From a virus: a DNA stretch of 64,000 nt. The notes under the pieces were generated by a model. It was not told the DNA's origin. It saw only the letters and a program-made list of their open reading frames with translations, and made no database searches. Below, in pieces: positions 55,945 to 64,000 of the stretch (positions are counted from its first letter, which is position 1; each line of letters starts with the position of its first letter). The stretch covers positions 1-64,000 of IMG/VR virus record IMGVR_UViG_3300009529_000001, one strand, 5' to 3'. Made by a program: the position numbers and the translations under genes.

Positions 55945-56322
55945 ATGCCGTTGGCAGAAATGATAAATGTAACTGATATTCCACTTGACCCTTATGGATT
56001 AAAATATGTTGTAATCGCAGTAGTTGTCATTTTGACTTTAGTATTTGGATTTGTTCTAAAACTTCGGAATGGGAAAAATAAATCAAATTCTACTTCAAAT
56101 CCAACAGACAAAGAAACTTGTGCCAGTGCCCGGACAAGATTAGAACTTGCAGAAAAAACACAGCAAGATCAATGGAAAACTATTAATGATACTAAAGACA
56201 CTGTTATAAGGACTGAAGAAAAAGTAAAGAATATAGAAGGAAAAATAAACGTTGTAGAACAAAAAGTAAGTGGAATGGAACAGGACGTAACTCGTATAGC
56301 ACAAAAAATTCTTGAGGAGTAG
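55945..56322 (+). CDS. Single-TM coiled-coil protein
   Basis: GAGGAG RBS; TM then heptads. Confidence 0.7.
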   Translation: MPLAEMINVTDIPLDPYGLKYVVIAVVVILTLVFGFVLKLRNGKNKSNSTSNPTDKETCASARTRLELAEKTQQDQWKTINDTKDTVIRTEEKVKNIEGKINVVEQKVSGMEQDVTRIAQKILEE

Positions 56323-56325
56323 AAA

Positions 56326-56658
56326 ATGGCTTCTTATACTTTACGTGAAAACAAATGTAGATTAATGTCAATTGCCACTACAACAATTGACGAATTATTA
56401 TTTAGAAAAAACGGTCTTTTAAGAAATTTAGATAGTACAAATTCTCTTGTTCTTGTAGATGAATCTGTTGGAAATGCTGCCGATGATGCAGATGTAATAA
56501 CTGCTTTAAATGATGCTACAACTCCATTAGAGAGTAAAATTGTTATTCCAGCCGGAAATGATTTACCTGTGAGACATTTTAGAAGAATGTTTGTAAAAGC
56601 TATTGGCGGTGATATTCTTCTTCAGTGGATTCCGTTAAGGCCAGTTTCTGGTGCTTAA
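56326..56658 (+). CDS. Hypothetical protein (possible virion protein)
   Basis: GAGGAG RBS; beta-rich. Confidence 0.65.
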   Translation: MASYTLRENKCRLMSIATTTIDELLFRKNGLLRNLDSTNSLVLVDESVGNAADDADVITALNDATTPLESKIVIPAGNDLPVRHFRRMFVKAIGGDILLQWIPLRPVSGA

Positions 56659-56664
56659 AAACAG

Positions 56665-56754
56665 AATATTAGCTCTCTTTTCCTCTCTTTGTTTGCCAAA
56701 TTTCATTCAAATCTTCTTTAATCTATCTTCAAATCCTCAAAGAGAGCTAATATT
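56665..56754. repeat. Perfect 16-bp inverted repeat with 58-bp spacer between convergent genes
   Basis: AATATTAGCTCTCTTT (56665-56680) / AAAGAGAGCTAATATT (56739-56754). Confidence 0.9.
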
Positions 56755-56756
56755 GT

Positions 56757-56969
56757 CTAATCTTTAAATCCCCAAAATTTATTAGGGAGAGGTGGTAAGT
56801 TCATTGGTGAATCGTTATCGTCAGAATTCCACCATACAATGATTGTTAATATCATTGTAAAAATTATACTGAAAACAATACATCCTAATATTAGTAAAAT
56901 CAAAGGCCAAAGCCAAGACAATATCCACATTATTATACAGAAAAAAAGTTTTCCAAGTGCATCTAACAT
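56757..56969 (-). CDS. Small membrane protein; the only well-supported minus-strand gene
   Basis: GGAG RBS and own promoter on minus strand; very hydrophobic. Confidence 0.65.
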   Translation of the reverse strand: MLDALGKLFFCIIMWILSWLWPLILLILGCIVFSIIFTMILTIIVWWNSDDNDSPMNLPPLPNKFWGFKD

Positions 56970-57005
56970 TATAATCTCCAGATAACTGCCCTAACCTTTG
57001 TGCAT

Positions 57006-57034
57006 ATAATAACTACTGGAATTTCTCATTACAA
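57006..57034 (-). promoter_or_regulatory. Leftward promoter TTGTAA-17-TATTAT
   Basis: Minus strand; same family as the rightward promoters. Confidence 0.65.
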
Positions 57035-57105
57035 CTCTTTTTTGTAAATCCTCTGATTAGGTTTTACGAAATCAAACAATTTTATTCTTTAATATTAAAA
57101 ACTAC

Positions 57106-57136
57106 TTGTAAAATGATTTTCAAAGTGTTATACCAT
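57106..57136 (+). promoter_or_regulatory. Rightward promoter TTGTAA...TATACCAT with upstream A-tract
   Basis: AATATTAAAAAC...TTGTAAAATGATTTTC, near-identical to 59031-59061. Confidence 0.6.
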
Positions 57137-57175
57137 TAATAAGGCAACACAAACACTTTTGAAAGGAAAAATGTT

Positions 57176-57532
57176 ATGGCAAAGCGAAAGAGAAAAGTCA
57201 ACAAGTTGAGTAAATGGCAGTTTGGAAGATTGAAGGGTTGGTTGAACAAGTTGGATTTTGATAGACGAACTGATATTGATACGGCAAAGGGAGCAAAAAA
57301 GGCTTTAGGCTTTAAAGTAACAAAAAATAATGTTAAAGGGGCGAGAGAAAAGATTGGTGTTTTCCGAAACAAAGGTGGTAGAATTATTGAAGACAAAAGA
57401 GATTCTGATTCTAAAGCTGCTGCTGTGCCAAAATCTCCTGTAAAAGGTATTGCGTCTCGCCTTCGGAACCTTGAAGAAAAGATTAACATTCTCGATGGGA
57501 AAATAGATAAACTTTTTGCAGTTTGGAGTTAA
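57176..57532 (+). CDS. Basic hypothetical protein (early region)
   Basis: GAAAGGA RBS; first gene after promoter. Confidence 0.7.
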   Translation: MAKRKRKVNKLSKWQFGRLKGWLNKLDFDRRTDIDTAKGAKKALGFKVTKNNVKGAREKIGVFRNKGGRIIEDKRDSDSKAAAVPKSPVKGIASRLRNLEEKINILDGKIDKLFAVWS

Positions 57533-57534
57533 AA

Positions 57535-57870
57535 ATGGCAAGACCAAAGTCAATAATCCCATACGTTTGTATTAGCATAAAAATTCATAGCTATTTTAAT
57601 TCAACTGCTATTACAAAATGTAAGATTGGAAAGAATACTTCTGTAATCATTAAGATTAATAAGAAGAAGACTAGGCTTTATTTTAAGTTCAACAAAAAAG
57701 GAAAAGGAATAAATGTTGGTGCTCCCACAAAAGTTAATCAAGCTATATTTGGCTTAAGAAGAGTTTTCGAGAAATTTGGTTGTAAAATTGAAGGGAAGTT
57801 TCGATTGAAGCGAGATAAAAAGAAGAAAATATGGTTTGCAAAGTTGAACAAACCTATGGGAGAAAAATAA
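57535..57870 (+). CDS. Basic hypothetical protein
   Basis: GGAG RBS, ATG 57535. Confidence 0.65.
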   Translation: MARPKSIIPYVCISIKIHSYFNSTAITKCKIGKNTSVIIKINKKKTRLYFKFNKKGKGINVGAPTKVNQAIFGLRRVFEKFGCKIEGKFRLKRDKKKKIWFAKLNKPMGEK

Positions 57871-58061
57871 TGGATAACTACTGTATTTATCACTTTACAA
57901 ATTCTAGCGGAAGTAAAGAGTTTGTTGTAATTTCGGCAGAAAGAATAGATCTTATTGAAAAAGAATATGAAGAAAATGACATTTTATTAGATTCGCATTG
58001 TGAAATTGATGGAGATGCTATAACTTTTCCTTGTGATCGACCTTTAAGAACAGGATTTTAA
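57870..58061 (+). CDS. Hypothetical protein
   Basis: TAATG-coupled, GGAG RBS. Confidence 0.6.
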   Translation: MDNYCIYHFTNSSGSKEFVVISAERIDLIEKEYEENDILLDSHCEIDGDAITFPCDRPLRTGF

Positions 58062-58079
58062 CATGTCAAGGATTAAGTA

Positions 58080-58802
58080 ATGGATAGAAATCGCGCTATT
58101 GATTTAATTGGAAAAATCCAACGTCTGTTGGAACCCGGTAGTGGTGCTACTGAAGGAGAAATGCAAGCTGCTGCTAGTGCAGTTCAACGATTGTTAAAAA
58201 ATCACAATTTGTCTATGATCGATGTAGAAGATTCCAAAACGAAAGAAAAAGCTGGTAAAAAAGGTCATGATATTGGACAACGTGAAGGGATGGTCAGAAA
58301 AAGAAGCAGTTTGCCAAAGTTTGAAAAGATTTTGATTAATATAGTTGCAAAAGCTTGTGAATGTCAATGTTATTTGCAGCAAGAATGGTCTGGTAAAGGA
58401 CATGGAAAAGTTTGGCGAATATTCTTTATTGGAGATCAATTTGATATAATTGTTGCAGGAGAATTATATACTTACTTGAACAAAGCCATCAATAAAATGG
58501 CCAGTAAAAGTTATCCTAAACAATACTCAAAACAAAATTCATTCTGGTATGGATGTATTGACAGATTAGGAAAGCGTTTTGAAAAAGAAGCTGAAAAATT
58601 TGAAGAAGAACATGGCGAATACGCTATGGTTCTTTTTGATAAAAAAGGCGTTATTGAAAAATGGGTTGATGATAATTTGAAATTAGTTAGTGGCAAAAGT
58701 AAAAAAGGCGGAACAAACGATTTTGATCCTCTTGCCTATGCACATGGACATCATTACGGAAGTAAGCTTGATATATCAAGCGGAAAACATTTGGAGAATT
58801 AG
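58080..58802 (+). CDS. DUF2786-containing protein
   Basis: KIQRLL...ATEGEMQAAASAVQRLLKNHNLS N-terminus; NSFWYG; AYAHG..YG..LDI C-terminus. Confidence 0.8.
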   Translation: MDRNRAIDLIGKIQRLLEPGSGATEGEMQAAASAVQRLLKNHNLSMIDVEDSKTKEKAGKKGHDIGQREGMVRKRSSLPKFEKILINIVAKACECQCYLQQEWSGKGHGKVWRIFFIGDQFDIIVAGELYTYLNKAINKMASKSYPKQYSKQNSFWYGCIDRLGKRFEKEAEKFEEEHGEYAMVLFDKKGVIEKWVDDNLKLVSGKSKKGGTNDFDPLAYAHGHHYGSKLDISSGKHLEN

Positions 58803-58804
58803 TC

Positions 58805-59023
58805 ATGGCGAGTACAATAGATGAAGATTTAAAAGAACAGGTGGAATTTTTTGCTAAAGCTTCGAGGATTCCTTTGATTCTAAACCATGCCTATGGAAAA
58901 GTCAGAATATATTGTAAAAAAGAAAAAGGAATGATGGAAGTTTCACCGCGTCTTTCCAAAGGAAACTTGCGTATGTGGCTTGATGGATTTGAAAAAGCTT
59001 TGGAACTAACATCAAACGATTAA
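58805..59023 (+). CDS. Hypothetical protein
   Basis: GGAG RBS. Confidence 0.65.
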   Translation: MASTIDEDLKEQVEFFAKASRIPLILNHAYGKVRIYCKKEKGMMEVSPRLSKGNLRMWLDGFEKALELTSND

Positions 59024-59045
59024 TTCAAACAATATTAAAAACCAT

Positions 59046-59077
59046 TTGCAAATTGATTTTCCTGCGTTTACTATAAT
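59046..59077 (+). promoter_or_regulatory. Promoter TTGCAA-17-TACTAT (overlapping TATAAT)
   Basis: Intergenic, followed by AAAGGAG RBS. Confidence 0.75.
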
Positions 59078-59103
59078 ATAAGGTAAAGCGAAAGGAGACT
59101 ACT

Positions 59104-59400
59104 ATGGATATTAACACACGTGTCAGTATTAGTTTGTCACCCGGTATTCTAAAAGAAGAAATAGCAAGGGAAGTAGGTAGAGGGATTCAGGTTGTTGCTA
59201 AGGATATCCTTAGCAATATGGATACTGCTGAAATTATCCATGAAGTTATTTCGGAAGAGGAAGGGCTTAACCAATTCATCGAAAATGAGATAAGGGGACA
59301 GGTAGGTCCAATTGTAAAACGTATCCTAAACAAGGTTATCGAATCCGAGATAGGTGCTCACATTCATGCTAAGGCTAGGGAGGTTGACAATGCGAGATGA
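59104..59400 (+). CDS. Hypothetical protein
   Basis: AAAGGAG RBS. Confidence 0.7.
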   Translation: MDINTRVSISLSPGILKEEIAREVGRGIQVVAKDILSNMDTAEIIHEVISEEEGLNQFIENEIRGQVGPIVKRILNKVIESEIGAHIHAKAREVDNAR

Positions 59401-59716
59401 AATGTATATTGGTTCTTCGCCTATTGACGAAAAATGTGCGCAGTTAGGAACAGATGGGTATTGGGAAAAAGCACAAAAGGAATGCAGAGCTTTTATCAAT
59501 CAATTAAGACGAGTGTTTGGTAAAGAACCCGGAAGTGCTCGGTTGATAATTAAACGGAATCCTCACGATTTTGGTACGTATTTATCTGTCAATTGTTATT
59601 ATAACGATGGAGACGAGGAAGCATTGGATTATGCTTTAAGATGTGAAGGCGAAACACCTGAAAACTGGGATGACGAAGCAAGGGAAGAACTCGGTTTGGA
59701 AAAGGAGAAAGTATAA
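59390..59716 (+). CDS. Conserved phage hypothetical protein
   Basis: GGGAGG RBS; IGSSP.DE.CAQLG...NPHDFGTY...PENWD. Confidence 0.75.
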   Translation: MRDEMYIGSSPIDEKCAQLGTDGYWEKAQKECRAFINQLRRVFGKEPGSARLIIKRNPHDFGTYLSVNCYYNDGDEEALDYALRCEGETPENWDDEAREELGLEKEKV

Positions 59717-59831
59717 TGGTAGATTTATCTCAAAGTATTGCTATTTGTTTGATAGGAATTGCACATATTCTTCATTGTTTGTCCCATCTTCGAAAACAAT
59801 AGGAAACTTAAGACTAACGGAGGGCTTAACA

Positions 59832-60155
59832 ATGCGTATGAATCAACACATGGGCTTTACCGCTGAAGCCGATGTGTTTCTTGAAGAATACGCTAAGAAA
59901 GTTGGAACGCATCCATGTCCGCATTGTGGTGAAATGACTGATAAAACATTTGAAAAATTGTCGTATAGTTCATACACGGGAATGTTTCAACAGGAATATC
60001 CTCTTCACATATATCTTTTAAAAGACGGATCAACTGTAAAAGAAATTGTGCAGGCTGAACCTTGGTCTTCGGGACCATGTTTCTTTATGTGTCTTGAAAG
60101 GGATAATGGTAAAAGAATTGGTAAATGGTCACAAGAAGAAATTAACAATGCTTAG
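59832..60155 (+). CDS. Hypothetical protein with CPHC
   Basis: GGAGG RBS before ATG 59832; VQAEPWSSGPCFF. Confidence 0.7.
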   Translation: MRMNQHMGFTAEADVFLEEYAKKVGTHPCPHCGEMTDKTFEKLSYSSYTGMFQQEYPLHIYLLKDGSTVKEIVQAEPWSSGPCFFMCLERDNGKRIGKWSQEEINNA

Positions 60156-60164
60156 AACATAATC

Positions 60165-60515
60165 ATGAACTGTATACCTCCAGCACAAGCAAATTTTCCA
60201 AACAACATAAGTATCATTGTTTTGAATGGACATTGGTTTCGTGTCACAAAATTTTTCACACTTGAAGTTGCGCGAAAGATTTATGAAAAACTATTTGAAA
60301 ATCAGCCAATCACAATTAAATCTCGAACAAACGTTAAAGTCTACAAAGTCAAAAGCAGTAAGGGGGACAAATATTATAAGATTGTCAATAACGGTAATAA
60401 TAATTGGACCTGTAACTGTTTAGGCTTTACGTATAGACGAAGATGCCGTCACATTGAAGAATGTAAACAACAGGAAAAAGGATACAAGGAGTTTAAGAGA
60501 AAATGCAAGGAATAA
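60165..60515 (+). CDS. SWIM zinc-finger protein
   Basis: WTCNCLGFTYRRRCRHI. Confidence 0.8.
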   Translation: MNCIPPAQANFPNNISIIVLNGHWFRVTKFFTLEVARKIYEKLFENQPITIKSRTNVKVYKVKSSKGDKYYKIVNNGNNNWTCNCLGFTYRRRCRHIEECKQQEKGYKEFKRKCKE

Positions 60516-60901
60516 AAATACTTTGTTCTGATTGTAGGAAACGTCCTCCTTCAAAAGGAATGAAAACTTGTGCAAAATGCAGGAAACGAAAACGTGATTA
60601 TCACATCAGACAAAGAGACAAAAAAATATGTCCTTGTGGAAAACCTATCACGAAATATACATGGCATTGTAATGATTGTATGTTGAAGATTAAAGAAAAT
60701 ATGCGTAAACTTCATCAAGAAAGACGCGATAATGGATTTTGTCCTCGATGTGGTAAAGAACTTAACTTGGAAGAAGAAATAACTATTCTTCATTTATCTG
60801 TATTTACTTGTTTAAAATGTAGAACGAAAAACAAAAAGGCCCGTTTAAAAAGACTGGAGACAAGCAATGTCCAAAAGAACTTGCAGGAGAACACAAATTG
60901 A
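60503..60901 (+). CDS. Cys-rich multi-zinc-finger protein
   Basis: Repeated CxxC/CxC-G motifs. Confidence 0.65.
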   Translation: MQGIKILCSDCRKRPPSKGMKTCAKCRKRKRDYHIRQRDKKICPCGKPITKYTWHCNDCMLKIKENMRKLHQERRDNGFCPRCGKELNLEEEITILHLSVFTCLKCRTKNKKARLKRLETSNVQKNLQENTN

Positions 60902-61055
60902 AAACATAATCTGTGAACCATTTATGGATTCACGAGATTCTTTTGGACATTGGGCTTATTGGTGTGGTTCTAAACAGGATGGATGGAGAGCTACTCCTTG
61001 CGAACACATTAAAGAAGGAAATTATAGTAAAACCAAAAGGAGAAAATTAAAATAG
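60867..61055 (+). CDS. Small hypothetical protein
   Basis: GGAG RBS. Confidence 0.5.
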   Translation: MSKRTCRRTQIENIICEPFMDSRDSFGHWAYWCGSKQDGWRATPCEHIKEGNYSKTKRRKLK

Positions 61056-61079
61056 GATTCAATAAACATTAAAAAGGAG

Positions 61080-61108
61080 TTGCAATAGGAAGTTCATGCT
61101 GTTATAAA
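61080..61108 (+). promoter_or_regulatory. Promoter TTGCAA-17-(TG)TATAAA
   Basis: Intergenic, upstream of helicase gene. Confidence 0.65.
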
Positions 61109-61144
61109 CAGTGTATAAGGCCAGTAGGCTAAAAGGAAATTGTT

Positions 61145-62746
61145 ATGCCCATCCCGAATTGTCCTCAATGCGAAGCACCTATGAAAAAACGTATTCGGAA
61201 GAGTGATAATTCATTCTTCTGGGGATGTCCCAATTATTTTGATAAGGGATGCAAGGGTTTTCGTCTCTACAGAGATGAAGATAGAGCCGAAAGAAAAAAG
61301 ATCATACCTTCTAAATACCAGGAAGCTATTTTTGATTGGATTAAGGAAAGTAAAGGTCATGCTTTTGTAGAAGCTGTTGCTGGTTCGGGGAAGACCAGCA
61401 CTATCGAAATGTCCTTAGATTACCTATCGAAGAAGGATCAACGACAGACGATCTTCTGTGCTTTTAATAGGCACATAGCCAATGAGCTACAATCACGTGT
61501 CCCTGCGGGAGTGAGAGCGTCAACAATACATTCCCTAGGCTTTAACGCCATAAATAAATCATTCGACGAAAAACCTATGGTAGATAGTAAAAAGTTAATC
61601 AATATCATTAACGAAGTACTTGAACCCATACAATTTGATAAGTTGCAGACGAGAAAAGTTGTATTTGATATTCTTCAAAGATTGATTCCATTAGTCAAAG
61701 CTACACTGAAAAATCCTTCTAAAAGAAAAACAATGGAAAAGTTGTGTGAGCGTTATAGTATTGAGACTAACGGCGGATTCAATATAGCTTTTCCGCTAAT
61801 CGAAGAAGTATTAACAAAATGCAGAGAATACAAGTCTGTCATTGACTTCGATGATATGATTTGGTTGCCAGTGATTGAAAAAATTCCTGTTGAAAAATTC
61901 AAATGGATATTTGTCGATGAAGCGCAAGACTTAAATGCTTGCCAAATGGAATTTATCATGAAAATGCGCAAACGAGGAACGAGAATTGTTTGCGTAGGGG
62001 ATCGTCATCAGTCCATCTACGGCTTTAGAGGGGCTGACTTCCAAGCTGTACCAAAACTCATAAAGAAGTTAAAAGCCAAATGTCTACCTCTTAGTATTTG
62101 CTATCGTTGTGGAAAAACGATAGTTGAATATGCGAAGAGGATTGTTCCGCATATTGAAGCGTGGGATGAACAGGAAGACGGTGTTGTAGAAAGTTTACCA
62201 TCAATGCAAACTACTCAAGAAATGGAATATGGAAATATGGTTATGTGTAGAATCAACGCACCATTGATTCCGCTGGCTTATAGATTGATCAAAATGGATA
62301 AGAAGGTCGTAATTCGTGGAAGAGATATCGGTAAAGGATTAATAAATTTAATAGAAAAACTTGGCGGAACAACAGTTGAAGAATTGATTGTGCGTATCCA
62401 GGAATACCGAGCAAAGGAAATGAGAAAATTAGCATTAGCAAAGAAAGAAAACCAGCTTCAGACTCTTGAAGATAAATGTGATACGCTTATTGCTTTAACA
62501 GAAGGTATGAATAGTATTGCGGAGATCAAAAGCCGTATCGAATCAATCTTTAGCGATGATGTAACTGGCATTATTTTGAGCTCAATCCACAGAGCAAAAG
62601 GATTGGAAGCTGATACTACATTTATTCTTGAGCCCGGATTGTTACCGTTTCCAAAAGCTAAGGGCGAGAATCAAATGCAGCAAGAAAAAAACCTTGAGTA
62701 TGTCTGCTACACTAGGGCGAAAAAAAGAATGGTATTTATAAGATAG
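61145..62746 (+). CDS. UvrD/Rep-like SF1 helicase with N-terminal topoisomerase-type Zn ribbon
   Basis: CPQC...FWGCPNY..C; AVAGSGKT, VDEAQD, VGDRHQSIYGFRGA, SIHRAKGLE, YVCYTRAK. Confidence 0.94.
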   Translation: MPIPNCPQCEAPMKKRIRKSDNSFFWGCPNYFDKGCKGFRLYRDEDRAERKKIIPSKYQEAIFDWIKESKGHAFVEAVAGSGKTSTIEMSLDYLSKKDQRQTIFCAFNRHIANELQSRVPAGVRASTIHSLGFNAINKSFDEKPMVDSKKLINIINEVLEPIQFDKLQTRKVVFDILQRLIPLVKATLKNPSKRKTMEKLCERYSIETNGGFNIAFPLIEEVLTKCREYKSVIDFDDMIWLPVIEKIPVEKFKWIFVDEAQDLNACQMEFIMKMRKRGTRIVCVGDRHQSIYGFRGADFQAVPKLIKKLKAKCLPLSICYRCGKTIVEYAKRIVPHIEAWDEQEDGVVESLPSMQTTQEMEYGNMVMCRINAPLIPLAYRLIKMDKKVVIRGRDIGKGLINLIEKLGGTTVEELIVRIQEYRAKEMRKLALAKKENQLQTLEDKCDTLIALTEGMNSIAEIKSRIESIFSDDVTGIILSSIHRAKGLEADTTFILEPGLLPFPKAKGENQMQQEKNLEYVCYTRAKKRMVFIR

Positions 62747-62755
62747 GAGATTGTT

Positions 62756-63313
62756 ATGATTGAATGGGAAAATATTATAGATGGAGACGACTACTCTGCA
62801 TTTGGACCCGAAGAAGATACGGGCGAAATGAAGTTTAGAGTCCAAATTAAAGTAGATAATCTTGATTCTGCTGCTGGTGAATTAGCATGGTATGGACAAG
62901 TTAATGTTGTAAAAAATCCTTTTCAAATACCAAAAGAAGAATTTGAAAAAGCATTAAGATTAATGGGTTTTGATTCTGAAGGGCCAGAGATTACTGGTTT
63001 AAATGAACTAGCACTATATGAAATATTATCGTCATACGGAATACATGCTACGGTCTTTCAGTGTCTTGCATGGTATGGGAAGCCAAAAGATCTTAGTTGG
63101 GGTCAAGGAATGATTACTATGGATTTTATCAACGAAGACGAGGATTGGGAACCCGCTTTTGAGTGGGTAAAGAAAAAAGTAGAAGAAGAAGCACAAGGTG
63201 TTTATATCATGTTAGGTATGTATCTTGATCGTGTTTTGAATAAAATAGGTTCCACAGGTTGGGACTTTATCAACGGCGATGTTCTTAGGCCGATAAGGGA
63301 GATGAAAAAATGA
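62756..63313 (+). CDS. Hypothetical protein
   Basis: AGGAG RBS. Confidence 0.7.
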   Translation: MIEWENIIDGDDYSAFGPEEDTGEMKFRVQIKVDNLDSAAGELAWYGQVNVVKNPFQIPKEEFEKALRLMGFDSEGPEITGLNELALYEILSSYGIHATVFQCLAWYGKPKDLSWGQGMITMDFINEDEDWEPAFEWVKKKVEEEAQGVYIMLGMYLDRVLNKIGSTGWDFINGDVLRPIREMKK

Positions 63314-63645
63314 AAGATGATGAAGTGAAGCGGCCGGAAGATCCGTTTACTCAAATAACTAAAGAGGCAGAAATACAACCGTATCCGATTCAGAGAGAAG
63401 GGAATAAGCTTGTTTGTACCGCTTGTGGTGAAAGAATGTGGATGGGAGTTTTTCCAGGATATCGTCCTATCGTTTGGAGTTTTCAATCTGAGGATGGTAC
63501 CACTACCCTAAAGTGCATTTGCGGGAATGTAAGTTCCATCGAAGGACCTCCGAAACAGTTTCTTCTCTTGTTAAAAATTGGAGAAAAGATTTTATTCACA
63601 AATGTAACAAAAATCATTGGTGTATTACTAACCCAGAATTTTTAA
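63310..63645 (+). CDS. Zinc-ribbon hypothetical protein
   Basis: CTACG...CICG. Confidence 0.6.
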   Translation: MKDDEVKRPEDPFTQITKEAEIQPYPIQREGNKLVCTACGERMWMGVFPGYRPIVWSFQSEDGTTTLKCICGNVSSIEGPPKQFLLLLKIGEKILFTNVTKIIGVLLTQNF

Positions 63646-63655
63646 AGGATTAATT

Positions 63656-63847
63656 ATGTCTAATTTTAAAAAGGAAAAAAAAATGGTTAAATTCAGTAGA
63701 TGGTGGTATCGTTTTCGTGGAAATTTTTACGCTTATGGTCCTACTACTAAAAAATTTAGTTCTGAAAGAAAAGTACGAGCACATCTACGTGAAGTTTGGG
63801 AATGCAAACGTCTCCCTTATGGTACGGAAATTTGGAGAGCTGATTAA
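63656..63847 (+). CDS. Small basic hypothetical protein
   Basis: ORF with RBS; coupled to next gene. Confidence 0.55.
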   Translation: MSNFKKEKKMVKFSRWWYRFRGNFYAYGPTTKKFSSERKVRAHLREVWECKRLPYGTEIWRAD

Positions 63848-64000
63848 TGGTTAAAAGAACAAAAACTCAGGCTATGAGGGAAGAACGACTACATAAACTT
63901 CCTATGGATGAAAGAATGAAAAGAGTATTGGAAACTATTTGGCAAATAATTGCTTGTGATTGTTTACAGTCGACAGATAACGGTATAATGTCACAAGATG
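63847..64000 (+). CDS. Hypothetical protein, 3'-truncated by window edge
   Basis: TAATG-coupled start, open to the end. Confidence 0.5.
   Translation, partial: MVKRTKTQAMREERLHKLPMDERMKRVLETIWQIIACDCLQSTDNGIMSQD

Noticed and set aside
3120-55984. Numerous short minus-strand ORFs in the track
   Set aside because: Shadows of well-supported plus-strand genes with no motifs; only 56757-56969 has its own RBS and promoter.
1-64000. CRISPR array, tRNA or rRNA genes, integrase/transposase
   Set aside because: No repeat-spacer periodicity, cloverleaf or recombinase motifs recognised by eye; tRNAscan/Infernal not run.
1-64000. Stop-codon reassignment as the cause of split genes (dnaE, sbcC)
   Set aside because: TAA, TGA and TAG all end complete conserved genes; the splits involve frame changes or intervening genes, not in-frame stops.

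Overview
AT-rich, gene-dense segment of a large tailed dsDNA bacteriophage, almost all on the + strand with many TAATG/ATGA-coupled genes. (i) 1-18.1 kb is a tail module: a tail-tube gene split by an ORF-less group I intron (655-918), tail chaperones, tape measure, baseplate/FN3 and beta-helix proteins, and interspersed glycosyltransferases. (ii) 18.2-35.5 kb is replication/recombination: SNF2 helicase, DnaB, HU, DnaE split by a split intein, RecA, dUTPase, split Rad50/SbcC around SbcD, and a resolvase. (iii) 36.5-51 kb holds a probable DNA hypermodification and nucleotide module: radical SAM, T4 beta-glucosyltransferase homolog, GT9, DUF1599, RmlD/RmlC/SDR, an intein-containing thymidylate-synthase-family hydroxymethylase, and class II RNR. 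(iv) A small lysis cassette and primase follow, then an early-type region (57-64 kb) with a repeated TTG(C/T)AA promoter family. Most unusual: two adjacent tail genes (11634-14341) appear to have exchanged their C-termini. The 1721-bp segment 12153-13873, bounded by in-frame GTGAT direct repeats, is a circularly permuted beta-helix gene sitting inside an FN3 gene. Joining its ends gives a circle that is exactly one ORF whose stop overlaps its own start. Second highlight: a candidate glycosyl-hydroxymethyluracil (base-J-like) pathway with a catalytically dead TS paralog. Family calls come from motif recognition by eye; no searches were run.
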